Assembly: GCA_030141605.1 (NCBI GenBank) | Contig: JAQGDQ010000021.1 | Span: 186,001 to 250,000 of the forward strand | From: Tubiluchus corallicola | Lineage: Eukaryota; Animalia; Priapulida | Direction of reading: 5' to 3' | DNA length: 64,000 bases | Shown: one piece after another, positions 13,489 to 27,500 of the stretch | Layout of the letters: each line of letters starts with the position of its first letter | How positions within the stretch are numbered: position 1 is the stretch's first letter | Program-made: the position numbers and the translations under genes | Notes under the pieces: generated by a model | Told to the model about the DNA's origin: nothing | What the model saw: only the letters and a program-made list of their open reading frames with translations | The model's database searches: none

Positions 13489-14730
13489 TAGAGGTGTACA
13501 TGTTCTGAATTTTTAAAACCGATCCGATAGTTTTTAAGAATCTTTCCCAATCACCAATCGATCATTAGTTGTAGTTTTTTCTCCAATCAACTAATACTAT
13601 CACTGATTGATTACTAGAAAAATATGTGCTTTTGATAGATTCAACAAATTTTTAATGGCAAAAAATGTCAATTTGTGCAAATAACCTACAATAATGTTTT
13701 TTCTACTTTTTTGTTAGCACTACTGACCTTCAAAATTAAGGTTTATATGTTTCTTTATGAAATCAGCAGGTTCTTGCCTGATGCTAATACTTTGCATATG
13801 TCTGATCAAATTTGTGGTGTTGAGCGAACGACTTCATAGTTCCACATAAACTGTATTTTGTTTTGAAATTGTCTTTTTTTATTTGTGCTTTTAATTGCAA
13901 TCCTTTTACTAGATAGTTGTGCTATGAACCAGACATTCTAACTTGCAGATGAAAATAGGGAGATTCCACAAAAATTCAGTAAGTGTCTGAAGAAGCGCTG
14001 TAAGCCTGGCTTCAATACTTTTTTGCATTCCGGCATTTTAGCTGCTTGGTTTAATACCAAAGCTGACAGTAGAAGTACCTTTCAGACCACTTTTTAAATG
14101 AGGGTTCCATACATTTTAGAAATTTAGACGCATAGGAAAAGTTTTCTGGCTTCTTTTCGAATATGGAACAATATATTCCCCAAGAAGAAAGATTGCTTTA
14201 AACATTTGAGCTAAAATCTTGCTCATAATGTGTCTAAAATTGGATTGCGAAATAATTTTATTTTAACCTAGTCGTCATTTATCTAGAGCCTGTCATATCG
14301 CGAATGCACTTCACATATCAAATTGCATCACAGTTTGACTTAGTGGTTTCATTAGCCAAAAGCTTCTTGTCTCTTTTTGAAGATTTTAGTGGTTTCATTA
14401 GCCAAAAGCTTCTTATCTCTTTTTCAAGATTTTAATCACTGTGTTGTGATTTTCAGTGTTGTCTAAGCAGTGAACATGGACAAATCTATTTAGAACCAAG
14501 GGATGCATATGGTGTATTGTATCTCACTGTGCATTTTAAGTATTATCTTGCAGAGCTAATAAATTTAGTTTGTTGGATGCATAACTACATAACTGGTCGG
14601 GTATTGGCACGGATCTGTAAAATGAGTTTTCCAATTTGATTTTAGGTTGCTTCCTTTACCCCCTTTCGATCACCGATACCTACTGATCGGCCTTCGATCA
14701 CCATTACTTGGCCAAATCGGTACACCTCTA
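13489..14730 (-). mobile_element. hAT-like DNA transposon relic
   Basis: TIRs TAGAGGTGTAC / GTACACCTCTA with subterminal CCGAT/CGATC repeats. Minus-strand remnant ..SLNTTNLIRH.. (~13830-13797) resembles a BED finger. Internal ~47-bp tandem duplication at 14340-14432. TSD not clearly preserved. Confidence 0.65.
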
Positions 14731-14749
14731 AAAATAGTTTAAAGTGCAA

Positions 14750-14994
14750 GGGCGGATACAGGTTTTAGAACAACGGTGGGCACAACAGAAAAGCAGTTAG
14801 AGGATCTGGGGACAGTGTAAGCTCCCCTGTGAGTTCCACCTGCACAACAATGCATTTTATAATTCATATAATTATAAATAATTATAATAGTTCTAATGCT
14901 TATAATTCAAAGAAAATATTCATTTGGTGTGTTGTAAAAGTCACTGTGCAAGGGAGGGCCAAGGTCCTAGGCTCACCCCATAAATCCGCCACTG
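14750..14994. mobile_element. Short non-autonomous DNA element (GGCGGAT...ATCCGCC termini)
   Basis: GGGCGGATACAGG at the left and TAAATCCGCCACTG at the right; GC-rich ends around an AT-rich core. Confidence 0.45.
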
Positions 14995-15168
14995 AAGTGG
15001 ATTTCATAACTGAAAATAAACAGCCATTTTATAAAGCATTTAGATGAGGCAGACACAGTGTTTCAATTTCAAATAGATTTTATTGTACTCAGTTTCACTA
15101 AGTGTATTACCAAGAAAGTCTAGAATGTATCCTTTGTTAGTATCTGTAACAAAATCTGTAGACTCACC

Positions 15169-18100
15169 TTAACTATCGATTTTGGCACTTAGTTCATTTA
15201 GGATTTGGAAATAAACCTTTCTTGGATCCTCGTCTTCTGGTTCTTCGCTATCTAAAAGTAGAAGAGTATTGGCAAACATTCACAGCATCTAACCAAGAGT
15301 ACTGATATTTTGCCATGATAGTGGCCTAGCGTTTGCACTACAAGTAACAGGCAGTTGATGATGATAACAACACTACTAGTTATATGTCTAAAACTCTAAC
15401 TTATAATCATTTTTAAATGATGTAGGGTGTTTAATAAATCACTTGCTAATTTGATTTTCACTTTTTTGCAGCTAATTGACGAAAAAATTGAGAATTTTTT
15501 GGATCATTTTTTCCGCCTCCATGCTGACTCTAGTCTAAAGCAAAGGTGTAAATGTGCCGCACAGTGAGCTATATAGAAAAGAGCGTGGTTATTAATTATT
15601 AATAGATTTTTAAAAATAACGAGTGACTTTTGAAACACCTTAGAGTAGGTGATAACCACTACACAGCCACATGCTTTTGACTCAAAAGTTTTTGCTGAAT
15701 GACGTTGACTTTGTTTAATGTTTAAAAATAACCAATAACATAACTACTAACTATCAATGAGAATTGCTTCCAGCAAATATTCATATACACTCTACAGGCA
15801 AAAAATTTGTATTGCCAAACTTTTCTTGCTCGATCACTCTAAAAACATCATAGTAAGTTTTTTATCCCTTCAAACCCACATGTTGCATGGATTCTTTACC
15901 TTCTGAATGTGGTGGATTCTGCAGTGACTTCTTCTCTGTTTGTTTTACAGGTGACAGTCGTGGATCTGGACTGATGCTGTATTTGCGCTTGAAACACCCC
16001 ACTGATGGTAAACTGAACTCACTACAATAAGAAACAGTGGTGTTTGTTCAAGTTTCACAACAAGATCATATTGGTCAGGTGTCATTTATTTCTGTCACCA
16101 ATAATTGAGTAGTTCCCTCTTCATAAACAGCAAATTCCTCAGGCTTTTCACACAGTTTAGTCGTATTTGTCATAATATGTAGTATACGAAATACTGGCTC
16201 ACAGAAAACTCTGTACAGGATTAGGTTGTGAGATCACACTGAAACTGTAGGCCAAGTGCCATTTTATGGTTGCAGATAAAGGTTATGGTACCACTTCATT
16301 ATATTTTAAACATTTTAATATTTTAATACACATTGCCTTATTGCTTATTTTACTGAAAACAAATACAAGTTGCCAGACTGTGTCTGTTAATCAAGTGCAG
16401 TGTCAGCTGATACATCCTTAGTAAGCAGGCGCTTGGCAGTTTAGCAATTGGTCAACTTTACCCGTGTCAGCTGTCATCATTAACGAAAATAGATAAACAC
16501 TAAATGAACACAAATTGTTGAATTTATGATGAGTGATGAGGTATTATGTAAAAAAGATGGAATTTATAGAAGCTAATGTAGTTGGATGAGGATGTTTGTT
16601 ATGAGGATTATTGATGTGCTGTGATTTCACATAATTAATAGTTTGCCTTAATAGCAAGCTGCTGATAGAATTCTTAAAATTCTTGCATATAGACATAGTA
16701 TGCACAATCAAAATCCCAATATTATATATGTCATAAACGGGAATAATTCTTGCTGATTAAAGAAATCTTAGATTAAGGAACTTTTTGCTTTTGATAAGAT
16801 TATTGCATATTTTTAAGTAAACTTACAAAATCAGCATTTAAATTCTAATAATTAGGTTTCCGACCCGAGTCAACATACAGGCTTACAGTAATTGGAAATT
16901 ATGGGGATGCCTGTTGCTGGCCCTGGCACACTAGTGAAGGCTTAATATTGCTCATACGCTTTTTATGTTCTTTATGTGTTTTTTTACTTTTTCTTTATTG
17001 TACTTTTGTGCCTAAATAAATAATATAATATAATATAATCACGACTTAGGAATTAAGGTATTCATTGGAAATTTAATAGAGATCTTAGAGATATTGAATT
17101 TGAACATAGTTAATATACACTGACATATAATCTCTACTGTTAATATAAATTTAGCATCGGTGGCTGCTGTTTAACATTTACAGTTCACAAAGTTTGAAAA
17201 TGGTTAAATCTGCACTTTCAGGAAACATTAGAACACATTTTCCTGAAAGTAAGAGTATGATTTTTACTATTTAGTGCTAGACTTAGAAAGCTTGCGTGGT
17301 ATTATGTGAATATTTTAATATTTAATCAGTTTTATGAAAGTTGCAATGCAGTGCTTTGTAATGTTTTTGCAGAAAACAATTTTGCAAACCAAACAGTTAC
17401 ATAGTTACATCATCTTGGTTTTATAGTTTCATTAATGGTGCAGTAAGGAAAATGTAGCAGCATTTAATTGTATATTATAGCAGCAGCGAATGCTCCCTTG
17501 ATGCTTACTGACTGTACTTATTATTTGGCCATAACTTTTAATGGCCATATGATATGTGGAATTGTGTATCTTTATTTCATACTTTTTACAATATTGTGGA
17601 CACTGATACGAGCACACAAGCTAGCATGGCGAATAAATGAACTGCATAATCGAAGGATTAACAAGTGGCCATTCATGACAAGGAAACGTTGAGAACAGGA
17701 AACATTCATTCATCCCTATGTTCTCTTCATCCGAGTTTTGTAGAGATTAGTTATAACTGTGTTAAGGCTGAAGCACGAAAAGTAATGTGCTTAGACAACC
17801 ATTCTACTTGGTCGCCACCTAATATTCGTAGTTCTTGTCAACTTTTGTGGTACTAGAGCGTGTCAAATGAACCATGTCCCAGACAGCATTGGACTGAGGC
17901 CCAAAATATATCTACCTCATTCCTTTTTCATGGTGAAAATCTGACTACAACTATTTTAGTTCAGTAATTCTCACAAGGATACTTGTAACTTCTGACGACT
18001 AGTCTAAAATGTAAGGTGGAACACACACTTTGTATTTTCATTTTTCAAATTTAATTTATGCAGCAAAACTTGCTTTTGTATGAATTCTTGTTAATCATAA

Positions 18101-21100
18101 TGTTTTTCAATATTAAATCATCAACTTCACAATTTTTTGTACCGAACAATCTTTTACATTCTGTTTCACCAGACATTTAGTTTTAAATGGCAAATTTATG
18201 GAATAATAAAACTGTGAGTTTTATGTCAAAGTGTAATAAGAACTATTTTTCACTCGGCTTCTCAATTCACCGTAATATTTTTGATGAAACACTATAGGCA
18301 ACAGTTTGTGAAAAGGAGACGACTACTACTTCTGTTATGTGATATGCTGATACCCAACACCTGTTTTATGTTGATATATTGATTCGTCAACTCTCGTGTT
18401 ATCTGCTCCATTTTTTCATCGACATGCGTGCATTTGAATTACCTTCCCATTCTCAGTAATTACTTTGTGATATTGATAAATTTCTGCTGTACATTACTGG
18501 TAATCTAACTAAAGAAGCAGCTGCACAAAAAGCAATACTGAATTTTTTTATTCAGTTAGAACAATCGGAGTTCAGGATTATTGTTAAGCATTTTAATACT
18601 TAATCCGTCAGCCAAAAGCCATTTGCTTTCCGTGTAAGTTTTTTTCTCAGCAGTTTTCTCATGTTCTGATGGTCCCTTTTTCTCAGCAGTTTTCTCATGT
18701 TCTGATGGTCCCTTTTAAGAATATTAAGGGTGGCCCTTTGTCAACTTTGAGCATTTTGAGATTTTGGACAGAAAGAGTTATAATGGAAAAAGCATGTGCT
18801 GTGGCATACCACTGTTATCATTAGGCAAAGGAAATTGACACTGACGTAGAATGAAATTAGTATCTAATTTTTGACAGGGAGAATTCAAAAATTGGCCTAC
18901 AATATGTACATAATGCTTTATATGAATAATTATTAGTTTTTGTCATAGCTTGAGGTATATTGCTGTATTAAGTTGAAGCGTGCAGTTTTGTAAAAACAGC
19001 TAGAAATTCAGACATTCTTTCGTGGGGTTTGGGAAAACCATAATAATCATAGCTATACAATTTCAGTTAATCTACTTATCTTAGTTAGGTGCCTATGACA
19101 TTGCCTATGGATCAGTGACTACTTGACAATTTAGCGAGCAAAAGTTGCCAGGCACATCATAGCATTATGAGTAGGTTATTTAATAAAACTTGTTTTCATT
19201 ATGATGGTGCTTGTATAACTGAAAGGGAAGAAAAGAGAAAGGTACAAACATTGAGTCATTATGTTTGTTGTGAAAAAGAACATTCCAACTATGAGGCACA
19301 ATGACAGATTATTTCAGGGCACACAAAAGATAGAAGCCAAAGTCAGAATAATCATACGTATTATAGACAAGCAAAAACTGTGCAAAAAACTGGGAGCATG
19401 TATAAATATTCTGGCACCACAACAACATCCTCAGCATAGTTAATGTTGTAAATGGGAAGCTTGTGCTGTTATCATTGAGTGTAGTTAGCTCAGTAACATA
19501 GGTATTGTAGTATAAAAGTATTTCGAAAACTTGTGATTGCAAAAGTCAATGAAACAATTTCAATGAATGTGCATGGCATTGATGAAGTCTCGTGCAAGTG
19601 GTGGATTAAGAAAGGACTAACACATTAGCCACTGAAGAAGAAAACTACTACGTCCTAATTTGATTATTTTGTGATTCCCAACACAATTTTTCATGAAGTA
19701 CATATAAACTCAAACATTTTTTATTTGTTTTAATGTCCTTTAAATTAAAAATATCAAATTTAGTTTACTTAGTGTTTTCATTTGTATGATCATGGCAGTT
19801 TTGGTTAGTTATAGTACGTACTTCTCTACTATTGTGCAACACTTTGACCCCATATCTCAAATAGCTGAAGAGTGGCATCCTTAATATTCTTATTGAGGAC
19901 CATCAGAACATGAGAAAACCACTGAGAAAAAGCTTAAACGGAAAATGGAAGGTTCACCCCACCGGCTGCTGGACTATATTAATCAGAAAAATATAAAATG
20001 ACTAAGGATAGCATTGGTTTCTACATACATAAACCCAGCTTGTCCTTTCTGTTTAAGCTATGAAGCTATCACTGTGCACGTATGAATGATACGCTAATAA
20101 TTTTCAAAAATGTGTTTTTAACTACTTCATGGATTGTGTTATTTTGCTACTTTTGGTTAAATTGCCTGTACAGAAAAGTTGTGAAAGCAATGTGAAAACA
20201 ATGCCGACTATGTATTTGTATTTGATGTAAAGAACGTTGGATTACCAGCTTATTTAAATTATAAGATGCTCACAATATCAATAAAACATTTTTTGTATAA
20301 ACAATTTAACCCAAAATAAGTTAGCTCAAAGAAGTAAAATAATCACAATTTACGGTATGTCAGTTTCACTAAATAAATAACTCAAACATCTGAAAACAGT
20401 ACAGCTTGCATGTTTTCAAGGATTTCCTTGATACAACTAAGTAAAATTATTGATTAGCATTTGAAATTTTGTCTCTTTCAATGGTTATGTTTTCTGTGGT
20501 TTCTTGAAATGTTATAAATTTCATCTAACCATTAGCTTGTTAGAATTATTTGTGCCAAAAGACTTGCTTGTCCCTGAAACAGGCTAACGAGACGATTTTG
20601 TTCTTCATGTCATCAAGTCTTTAAAATGTTTAAGCAATCCAAATATTGTAATGTAAGTGAGCATAGTGCTTTACTAAAATGACAGTATCGGGGAAAACAC
20701 TGTGGTATGCAGCGATGTCTTGATATGCTTTATACAAGCTTACATTTCACAGAATTTGTAATTGCCCCCAACTGTAGCATTTATGAGAATCCCTCTGTTA
20801 CAACAGCTCACTGCAGCTGCACATGCAAAACAGAAAGAAAGTGACAACCTAATTGCATGGCAATTGAATTCAGATTAATGTTGCATGGCAACTGTTTGCC
20901 GAGGCCCAGTATAAGTCAACATTCACAATGTTAATGCTAACAAACACATGCTGTTTGTTTAATATTCACTTACTCTAATTCAGGTAGATCAAGTTTCTCC
21001 ACGATAGTGGCAGGTGGTGCCACTTCTATATCCCAGTTGATGAAGTCTGAATCCGAATCAAAATCTATTTCTGGATTGAGAGGTGATTTCAAATAATCAT

Positions 21101-24100
21101 CGATGCCAAAGTCCACCCACTTGGCGTCAGGGAGGTCTCTGGGTGAGAATGACTCAGTCTCGTATACTGAAAAGGTAATTGAACATGCTTGAAAGAAAAT
21201 GAAGCCATGTAGGTAAGCAAATTGGCAATAAATGTGACGGGCTTCATTTATACAAACAGGAACAAGTCAGCTACATGCCCATATGAATAACAAATCCAAC
21301 TGCAATTTGACTTGACAATGTGGCTTAGTGATCGCATGGTCAAGTTTATAGTGCCCTTGGTTGGTCATTGCTTCCCAGCTTTTGCAAAAGGATAAATGGG
21401 TTCCTTTGTTATGTATAACTCGGAAATTAAGCATTATGGGTGAGCATCCAATTAGGCTTGCACCAGTTTTTTGTTATTAAATTGATTTGAACCTAAAATT
21501 CTGCATTCCAATAACTCAGCATATCAATTACATGCATTCTATATCATTAAAAGTGTTTAAAGCATCATTCAGTCAATACATATTAGTTGTGATCTCTCAG
21601 AATAACTCAAGTGTTACATTAAGTTTCTTTCGCATGTTATTGGTTTATTACTGATTCGAAAAGTCTAAAACTGAATTCATATTTGATGAGAATTCAAAAT
21701 TTTGAAATTCGGTTTGATAAAACTAATGCAAAAGCGCAGTTCAATTTGAATTTGATTTGTAGCAATGTTTCACATGCCATACAGGCATACACCTAATTCT
21801 ACACTGTAGAACTTATACTAATCATGTTCCATTGAACACAAAAAGTGTTGCCTTTTATAGAGTGTAAAATGGTATACAGTATTAGAAGCAAGTAAATATC
21901 AAAAATAAGACTGTGTAATGAAATGTTTTTCAATAATCATATCTGCATCATATTATAGTATACAAATAATGCCTAGTTTAAGGGCAATATTGCATTGATA
22001 ACCTAAAGCATTGTCACCAACAGCACTATTCCTTAGGTTGTAGGCCGAGGAATTAGTGCTGTCGGTAATAGTCCAGACAGTTATAGACGCACAGACATGC
22101 ACTGTTGTCCAAAAAAACTAGGGATTACTTGTAATATTATTTATAGGCTACCCTATAGTTCAAATGATAGTAGCAGTATTAGCAGACCATTGCTGTGTCT
22201 TTGCTTGAACTTGAACTTCACATTTGATGAATCTATGAGTCATATTGATTGTATTTATTCCAAAACTGGTGTATAATGATTGAAAATAAATTCTGTAGAA
22301 AAACCCGAGAAGGCGATTTTCACAGACGTATCGTATCATGACATTTTTATTTTCCACAACACTAGCTTAAGTCAAATAATGAGCCTGTTGCTTCAGACTA
22401 AGCATTGCTAGAATGACATCTCTTATAAAACTTCATAGTATTAGTTAGAAGTTAGCTAGCTATTCATTAGGCAACATATGTTATTATCTAACAATTATTC
22501 AGAAACAACAAATCAAGTGAGTCACTACTGACTTAATAATATGTGCATTGGTGTCTCAAAACATGTAGCCTAGTGAAGTGACTTGAAACAGAAGGCCTGC
22601 CCCCACTGCAATGTGCTTGAACACTCACCCGAATTTGAGTCTTTGTCTTTGCTCCACAATGTATGGAAAATTTGGCTGCTAGATGGTGTAATAAGAGGTC
22701 GAGGAGATGGCACCACTCTCTGAGCATCAATGCTCAAGTCTATCACAGTCGACGTCATTGTTTTATTCCTGGAAAAATTAATTCAAAGCCATATTTATTT
22801 GTATTTATCAACATTTGTTAACTCTTGGTATGAACTAATAGGCATTGTTAGTAGTCAACTGCCATTCACTAATTTACTTTTACAATGGATACTTACACAA
22901 TATTGGTGATACAAAACATTGCAGAAAAATATTACCAATGCAAACTTTGCCTAATCCCTGCATTTTTGCCATAAAATGGAGTATTCTATAAACCACAGAC
23001 ATCTTATGTCATATTTGACTACATTTTCCAACTTTGTCATTTTCTGCCATCACAATTTGCCCGCTTGATCAGCCCACTACCAGTATTTGTCGCAGTAATT
23101 GATATTAGATGGCAAATTTTCTGCATGGGGACATGCTGGAGTGTTTCAGGTGAATTCTTATCAGTTTCACATTTAACTCTTGGACTTATCTAAAGCGTCA
23201 TCTAAAAGTAAGTGTGAGTATGATCTGTGATCACGTTTGTTGTAATTCTCACCAATAATCATAAAATCTTGAAGCTGTAGCAGGAGAAACTTGAGTTACA
23301 AACCGCAAACTGCTAGTGAACAGGGGTCCGAACTAACCTGAAACACATTCAAATGCCCCATTGTGGTCCACTACCACAAACAATTTATAATTTAACTTAC
23401 GGAACAATTAACGTGGCCCATTGCAAAATGGCGACCCATTTTATGCGTTGTGTGCTATTATTACAAGTTGTCAGGAACTAAAATACATCTGTATTCAGAC
23501 TTATTAAACATTGTTTTCGGTTATTAAATTTAGAATAGCATGGTAATGTTTGTGAAGGTCACAAGTTTGTCTGGGTTTACTACATACATGTACCCTGTAC
23601 CACAAAAATCTACAGTCAATGTGCAGACAGCCTGCTAATAAGTGTACGTTGTACCACAAAAATCTACAGTCAGTATGCAGACATATGTAATAAGTGCTTC
23701 GTTTACCTCTTTGTTTTGTTAATTTCTCTCTGTAAGGCATCCAGTCTTGGGAGTGGTTGCGGTATCACTCTAGGTTTAGGACGGGACAACCGTGACCACA
23801 CATCCTCTTTACTGCTGTTTGGTATAATAGAACTCGACTTTGCCCTAGGTATTGGTGATGGTGTTATAAGCAAGTCATTCAGAGTTTTCCCATTTTTTTG
23901 TACTACAGATGTAGAGGCATATTTGCTGTCGTAAGCTGCATTGACTGAGCTACTTCGCACGACTGCAGCTTTGTCAAACATATTTAGGCTTGTATCTGGC
24001 TGCAGTCTTTGCACTGGATCTTCAAGACTCTCTGTAGCATTACTGATTGTTGCATCAGAGTCATTATCTATGCCATTATCGTCGCTGTATTCGCTGACTC

Positions 24101-24557
24101 TTACTAAAATATCATTTGCCTTTTTTATGATGGGCAATGATTTTGAACTGTTTAATGTATGCTTTTTGTCACTTTTTTCATGTTGCTGATTTCTGATAAT
24201 ACAAAACCCTGCATTTTTGTTTTTACTGATAGAGTCAACTTTTGCTTTTCTTAGTTGTTTATTGGGTGAGCTTTGTCCTTTGAAACTGGACGCATTAGCT
24301 TCATTTTTTGGCTTGTTTGGAAGTCGTGTAATCACTAGATCATTACTCTCGTGTCTGCTCGAGATACTAATTTCAGCGGGCATTTCTGAACTTTTTAAAT
24401 AGTCTTCTTTCTCAGTCGATATTTTTGCTTGCTCAAGACGACGCACTACTGAGTGTGTTATGCTCAAGACCGGAAGTTGCACGTTCTCATCTGCCTGATG
24501 CTTCACTATCGTGGTGTTTTTATTGTTCTTGGGTCGACTTCTCTTTTGATGTGACAT
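15169..24557 (-). CDS. Uncharacterised 462-aa Ser/Lys/Pro-rich, probably disordered protein; 5 coding exons
   Basis: Exons 24557-23707, 22768-22629, 21166-20974, 16021-15900, 15251-15169, all GT-AG. Phases 2/1/2/1 chain into one 1389-nt ORF ending ...EDEDPRKVYFQILNELSAKIDS*. An in-frame TAG sits immediately before the ATG. No domain recognised. Confidence 0.8.
15423..15642. mobile_element. MITE, CAGGGTGTTTCA-terminal Tc1/mariner-like family (copy 1)
   Basis: TAGGGTGTTTAATAAATCACT ... AGTGACTTTTGAAACACCTTA. Shares CTAATTTGATTTTCA and TTTTTAAAAATAAC with the element at 63575-63988. Confidence 0.65.
18601..19976. mobile_element. Non-autonomous DNA transposon with long TIRs (Academ-like, tentative)
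   Basis: Ends TAATCCGTCAGCC / GGCTGCTGGACTA. The inverted match includes TTTTCTCATGTTCTGATGGTCC..TAAGAATATTAAGG. Flanks TACT/TATT are a near 4-bp TSD. ~36-bp tandem duplication inside the left TIR (18642-18713). Superfamily guessed from the TAG..CTA-like termini. Confidence 0.75.
23597..23683. repeat. Short direct duplication in an intron
   Basis: TGTACCACAAAAATCTACAGTCA.T.TGCAGACA occurs twice, 53 nt apart. Confidence 0.75.
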
Positions 24558-27500
24558 CTACATAATTTTGCTTTACAAAATGCATAGTTCTGAGTTGTTG
24601 GTGTGCTACTTTTTTTGCATATCAGTAGTTGCTAACTTGCTCGTTAGTGAAGTAACCATCCCTGCGAAAGATAATATGTGTAAGACTACATTTTCAGCCA
24701 ATTTCTGAAACACGTTAATAATACTTCATTATGACACCACGTAGGTACTCATCTATGTAGATCGGATTTACGTCATATATATGCTTGTGGAGCTTAATGA
24801 TCATCTGCAGCTTAATGATGGATTTTTTTCTAGCTGGATTGGCTGATTAGATATAGAATAATGAAAATGGAGAAAAAATTTGTCAAAGGAAGATTTCTTG
24901 AAATCGAGCTTTATTGATAAATAAAGGAAAAATAATTTGCACTGAAATATTAGTTTCTCAGTTATGTGATAGCAATATTGTTTCACAACAATAGCCAATA
25001 GAATCTAAATTTAAACTAGGCTCTGTGTTTGACCAAAAATTAACAGAATGAATTAAATTAAAGCCCGTGTTAAGTCCTTGTCAGTTACTAATGAATGAGT
25101 TCTTGGAATTTTATTTATATTGAGATAACCACAGGGCCAGCTTCCGTTGAAACATGTTAATGTGACAACACTTCTAATTAAAGCTGTTGCTATTGTGGTA
25201 ACACATTGTTAGAGATTTTGTCACATGTAAGATGTGCTGGCATTAGTCGCATGATTTTTAGGCAGAAATGCTGCTATCATCCAGCAATGCTTGACAGAAC
25301 AAACACATTTATGGTTATTAATAATTTGGTATTTTCGGTCTTAATTTTAATGTTACATGATAATCAAATTGCGTTATACGTCAGATTTTCTCAATGTGCT
25401 ACACTAGTCGTACTGAAAAATCAACATTACCTGTCATTTTTAATAATGTCTCGTCTTTGTTGAATACTTGCCCAGTTTGCTTTTATCCTGGAAAATGGAA
25501 AAATATTTCTTAATACACTTGCCAAACATTGCCTCTAAATTTAACACTACACTTCTTAAAATACGTTAAGAATTTTATTCACCTTTCAAAAACAAATTCT
25601 AAAAACAGATTAGTTACTGCATCAGTGCAGACAGTCTAAATGCCTAAACATCTTTAGCAAGAATATTGCAAAAATCCAACAAAAGATGTCAAAAATTATC
25701 GTATCATTCCACATTGTTTTTGACAGAGTAGATTGCTAACATCCACGAGGCTATTATTTTAAGCCTTGCTCCCATGTCAGTGTAGCTAAGATTAAATATC
25801 ATGAAAACTAGATATAGGCCTACATGTAGTACTTCCTTGCAATTTTTTATGGTGTTGTTACATTTGTTGCCACAGAATTGCAAATGCTGGGTTATTTGGT
25901 GAAATACTCATTTTGAGGGGACTAACGCTATTAAGATCACAGAGTGACATGGCGGGCGATCGTATTTGCTGCAGTACCAACGGCATGCAATTTAAGCTAT
26001 TATATCACATAAAGGTATGCATCAGAACCGTTTTAAAAGTTAAGAAATCAATATGTAATTCCGCCTACACCTTAAGAGAAAATAACATAAAAAACTGTCA
26101 CAGGACCTATAAGCCTGCAGCAAATCATGCTGCACTAACAGTACCGTTCAATTTCACAGCATTTGTTATTACACGTGCAGGTGTTCTACAATAGTAATCA
26201 ATAATTTAATTCCATTACATAACAAAATACAGGTGTTCTACCGACCTTCAGTTGACAAGTAATTTCCTCAATATTTTTTTGAAAATGTTTTTGAAAAATG
26301 AGACACGGTAATGTTTGCCATTGCTACACCGAAAGGAAAAGTGAGTGACACTGAGGGAGGAGTAAGTTTAAACTTTCCACTTCTTTGCTCCCAAGTTACA
26401 CTAAGTTGGAAATTAAATTGTTATTATTACCACTTTTAGCAAGAATGAAGATGAAATGCTCAGTCAGTCATTCTGCCATTGCAAGTCTATATACTCATGC
26501 ACTGCATTGTATTGTGATCATCTTGCTGTTTAAGTGTAGTTTAAGCGCAATGCTGATAATCTTTGAAGTTGTTTAATGTAACAGACTGTTGTGTGCAGTT
26601 GTGCCTGACTGTATTGTGACTGTAGTGTATAGTGTATTGTGTCTAGCTTGCTATATGTGTGCTTCACATTTGACTAGTGGATGGACAGACAGATAACCAT
26701 TGATATTGCTGCATTTAAATTTCTCTCTAAGACTTATTCGTGTGCTGTCAGCCTCCCTGTGCGCAGTGTGCTCAGATGTTAATTCTGTAATTGCACAATT
26801 AATGCATCAGCAGCTTGCAAAGACTATGCTCATATCCCAATTATACAAATGGAGGATGTCAGAGAAAAAGATAATCTTCTTTTCTGCAGGCTTTAAAGCT
26901 CTTACCTATCCGAGTACATCTGCAACAGGGACAGCAGCGTCTCTAATTGAACTAATCTGGTGATTTATTAGGTTGCACATTGTTAACAATGTGAACATAG
27001 GTTGAAAAGCCTGGAACCAATCCTTTATTACATATGCAAGCAAGCAAGGTTATATCTTACTTAGTTGATTAAACTTTTAATACACACAGACAGAAATTTA
27101 ATAGCATAAAATTAAAATGACAATTCCTGTTTTTCCCTGTTACTTATGAATATAAAATTATGTATGCATATTGTAAATATAATTTGTGATCTACTTGTTG
27201 TAATTCTTGTATAATTGTATTAGATCTTCGTAACTTTATAGTTTTGCTTGCGCTTATTTTGTATTACCTGTTGCTTTGCTATGTGCACATCGTACTTGTT
27301 TACTAATATGTATTGTAGCATTTTTGCACGTAATACGGTAAATAGTAAAATACAAAAAAATAGCATTTTAGCATGTCCTATCCCTGCGATGGCATTGCTT
27401 TCAATTTGGTGATTTGTGTGTTGCGAGCCTTGACAAACAAGTGCTAATCTTCCTGCCCAAATTCAAAAGAGCTAAATATTTTCTCGCGTGCAAACTGCTT

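Noticed and set aside
23716-24402. Plus-strand ORFs overlapping the orphan gene's large exon
   Set aside because: Antisense shadows of the minus-strand coding exon.
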